Below, piece after piece: positions 29,663 to 32,000 of a stretch of DNA of 32,000 bases; within the stretch, counting starts at the first letter, position 1; every line of letters begins with the position of its first letter. A program made the position numbers and the translations under genes. The notes under the pieces are model-generated. The model did no database searches. It worked only from the letters and a program-made list of their open reading frames with translations, and was not told the DNA's origin. The stretch covers positions 600,001 to 632,000 of the forward strand of contig NC_006833.1 in the NCBI RefSeq assembly GCF_000008385.1, written 5' to 3'. The DNA comes from Wolbachia endosymbiont strain TRS of Brugia malayi (GTDB lineage Bacteria; Pseudomonadota; Alphaproteobacteria; Rickettsiales; Anaplasmataceae).

Positions 29663-30833
29663 CTGTCGCTAGAAATGATAAGAATAATGCAAGTGCAGAA
29701 ATATTTACTATGTCTTGAGGGACTAATATTACTGGTAAACTTGAAAAAAAGTATACCATAGGATCAAGTAGCTTAACGTTAGTAATGCTTTCTAAAAATA
29801 CTCTAATATTTTCAATATTAAGAGAAAAAACAACACCTATAATACAACCAAGACAAGTTCCTGTAAACCCAATTAGTAATCCACAAATGCAAAATATGCG
29901 CATAATGCTCCCACTTGTTGCACCAAATGTGCGCATAATTGCAATCGCAGATTTTTTTTCTTGCACTATCATCATTAAATTCGAGACAATATTAAATGCC
30001 GCTACAATTATAATCAAAGTAAGAATTAAAAACATCACATTTCTTTCAGTCTCCAAAGCATTAAAATAGTGGCTCTGTTGTAATTGCCAACTTCTAGCTT
30101 CCATTCCCGTTTCTTTTTCTATAATATTTGCTAGCTCATTAGCCTTAGTAAGGTCACTCACAAATACTTCTATGTTTCTTGCACTATCTCTATAGTGAAA
30201 AAAAGCTTGTGCTGATTTTATGGGCATGTATATCAAGGTATTATCATACTCAAACATGCCCATATCAAATATCGCTATGACCTCATATTCTTTCATTCTC
30301 GGCACCTCACTAAGCAATGAATCAAACCCCTCAGATGATATAAGCACAATTTTATCTCCATAACCAACGTCCAATACTTCCGCTAAGCGTGCCCCTATTA
30401 CTACTCCTTTATCAAATTTTCTCACATCACCTACAATTACACTGTTTTTAATAGTAGTATTATTAAGCAAATCTTTAGCTGACACACCCCGCACTACAGC
30501 ACCAACAATTCTGCTATTTGCTGTAATGATAACTTGATCATTGGTCATAAGGGTTGCTTTTAATACACCTGGAATCTTCTTAACAGATTCTAATACTGTA
30601 CGGTAATCTGAATTTATGTTTCTATCAAAATAAACATTGATATGGCCATCAATGCCAAGTATTGAGTCAAGCAACCTTGCTCTAAATCCGTTCATTACAG
30701 ACATCACCACTATTAACGTTGCAACTCCAAGAGCAATACCTATAATAGAGAACAAAGTCATTGCAGAGCAAAATTTGGCATTCTTTGCTCGCAAATAGCG
30801 AACAGCCATAGTAATTTCAAAGACAATGGACAT
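29604..30833 (-). CDS. lipoprotein-releasing ABC transporter permease (LolC/LolE type)
   Basis: 409-aa ORF. AVRYLRAKNAKFCSAMTLFSIIGIALGVATLIVVMSVMNGF, PGVLKATLMTNDQVII, AFNIVSNLMMIVQEKKSAIAIMRTFGATSGSIMRIFCICG, ALALFLSFLATVAPALQAAAQDPAEILRYE. Confidence 0.95.
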   Translation of the reverse strand: MSIVFEITMAVRYLRAKNAKFCSAMTLFSIIGIALGVATLIVVMSVMNGFRARLLDSILGIDGHINVYFDRNINSDYRTVLESVKKIPGVLKATLMTNDQVIITANSRIVGAVVRGVSAKDLLNNTTIKNSVIVGDVRKFDKGVVIGARLAEVLDVGYGDKIVLISSEGFDSLLSEVPRMKEYEVIAIFDMGMFEYDNTLIYMPIKSAQAFFHYRDSARNIEVFVSDLTKANELANIIEKETGMEARSWQLQQSHYFNALETERNVMFLILTLIIIVAAFNIVSNLMMIVQEKKSAIAIMRTFGATSGSIMRIFCICGLLIGFTGTCLGCIIGVVFSLNIENIRVFLESITNVKLLDPMVYFFSSLPVILVPQDIVNISALALFLSFLATVAPALQAAAQDPAEILRYE

Positions 30834-30939
30834 TACTTGAGATTAAATATTATATTTTTAAGATTCATATAATCGTAGACTTCCCCTTACTTAAAAACTA
30901 GGTCGCCTTTAATCTAGCAGGCTTATAGGGTATATCCAA

Positions 30940-32000
30940 TACTTTAATATTATAATCTTCCATATACATCATCTAATCTAACTATATTATTATTAGACAA
31001 AAGCTCACCTACTTGAAATTCAACTATTTCAAGTGAAGCGCTTGTGCTTCTATTTTCAATCCTATGGAAAAATTTCCTTAGAATTTCTATCACATAATCT
31101 TCTATTATAGCATGTGTTTTATTGTATAAACTAACATATCCAATTACTGACAGTACTATATGGTACTCATCCCTACAGTGATGGAACTGCCTAGAAATGT
31201 AACTTAATGGATTTATAAAAAGGCATTTTACAAGAAAATTCTCGCACATTAAAATTACACTATAAAATCCCCATGGTTTAACTTCTTTTCTTATCGCTTT
31301 TCCTTCCTTAACTCTATAATAAACGATATTAGGCTCTCATCTGAAACATTTCGCTGTTTATAAAAGCCTTACCTAGCAAATTTTCTGCATCACTTTCTGT
31401 TGTCAAAATCGGTTCTTTTTCTCTAGTTACGTATTGGGATGATACTCTGGTTCTTTATCAAACTTCTTACTTAATCCTAAAACAGAACTCCAAGTTCCAA
31501 CATCTATCTAATCAAAATTAGCTTCTATTATTGCAATATTTCTTGCTCTTTTCATCACCAAATAATCAATAGAAATGCCTTCAATTTCTACACAATCTCG
31601 TTGTTTTAAATACAGCAATCTCTCTTGTAGAGAGAAATGCTTTATACTTGCACAATACAATTATAAAAATGCAGAACATATTTTTTAGTCTCACCTATAT
31701 AGCGTTTCGCTTTAAATACAAATATGCCAGAGTTCCAGTAATGATAATTACTTAGTTTATGCTCAGGCTTTTTTATGAAATCTTTTACTACATAATATTT
31801 CTCTTTCTGATCATACACTACATCGATATAGCCGTATTCAGGATTAAACTCATGAAGTTTCACCCTAGATGTAACCATAGAGTCAGTTCAGAGGCTAGCT
31901 GAGATGCTTTCTCAACAGAAGCATAAAAATTATTTAAATCGTCTATAAAATAGATTGAAGGTAGAATTAACATTGTCTCGTTTTTATCGTAAAGAAATGC
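30940..32000 (-). pseudogene. bifunctional mannose-1-phosphate guanylyltransferase / mannose-6-phosphate isomerase (ManC type) pseudogene, extends past the window edge
   Basis: Nucleotidyltransferase fragments HEFNPEYGYIDVV...FIKKPEHKLSNYHYWNSGIFVFKA (31642..31878) and ARNIAIIEANFD*IDVGTWSSVLGLSKKFDKEPEY. Then type-II isomerase cupin KPWGFYSV...FINPLSYISRQFHHCRDEYHIVLSVIGYVSLYNKT...LRKFFHRIENRSTSASLEIVEFQVGELLSNNNIVRLDDVYGRL (30950..31249). Confidence 0.85.

Noticed and set aside
1-32000. Search for a CidA/CidB-like pair, prophage structural genes or a multi-gene defence island
   Set aside because: Only one Ulp1-like gene was seen, with no CidA-like partner. No phage capsid, tail or baseplate, and no restriction, toxin-antitoxin or CRISPR-associated proteins were recognised.

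Overview
This AT-rich window looks like a Wolbachia (Rickettsiales) chromosomal segment, judging from the proteins and the noncoding repeats. That assignment rests on recognition, not on a search. Intact housekeeping genes are pheT, dusB, serS, purD, a ribonuclease J gene, fabI, nuoI, thrS, infC, nuoF, a phosphomannomutase/phosphoglucomutase, an SDR oxidoreductase, a YihY/BrkB-family membrane protein, a lolC/E-type permease, a mitofilin-position membrane protein and a HemY-like TPR protein, plus one tRNA-Lys(UUU). Accessory and decaying material lies between them: an ankyrin-repeat pseudogene, a frameshifted tolB, a PD-(D/E)XK/Rpn-type transposase remnant, an IS4-type transposase remnant, a coiled-coil protein pseudogene, and a bifunctional manC-type pseudogene running off the right edge. 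Noncoding palindromic repeats are also present. The strongest novelty candidate is the intact 468-aa ORF at 3702..5108 (-). It encodes a membrane-anchored protein with a recognisable Ulp1/C48 cysteine-protease signature (H243, D264, Q360, C366), a plausible effector against host ubiquitin or SUMO. A second item of interest is a tightly overlapping lolC/E - mitofilin-like - hemY-like cluster. No CRISPR array or prophage module was seen, and no multi-gene defence system was recognised.
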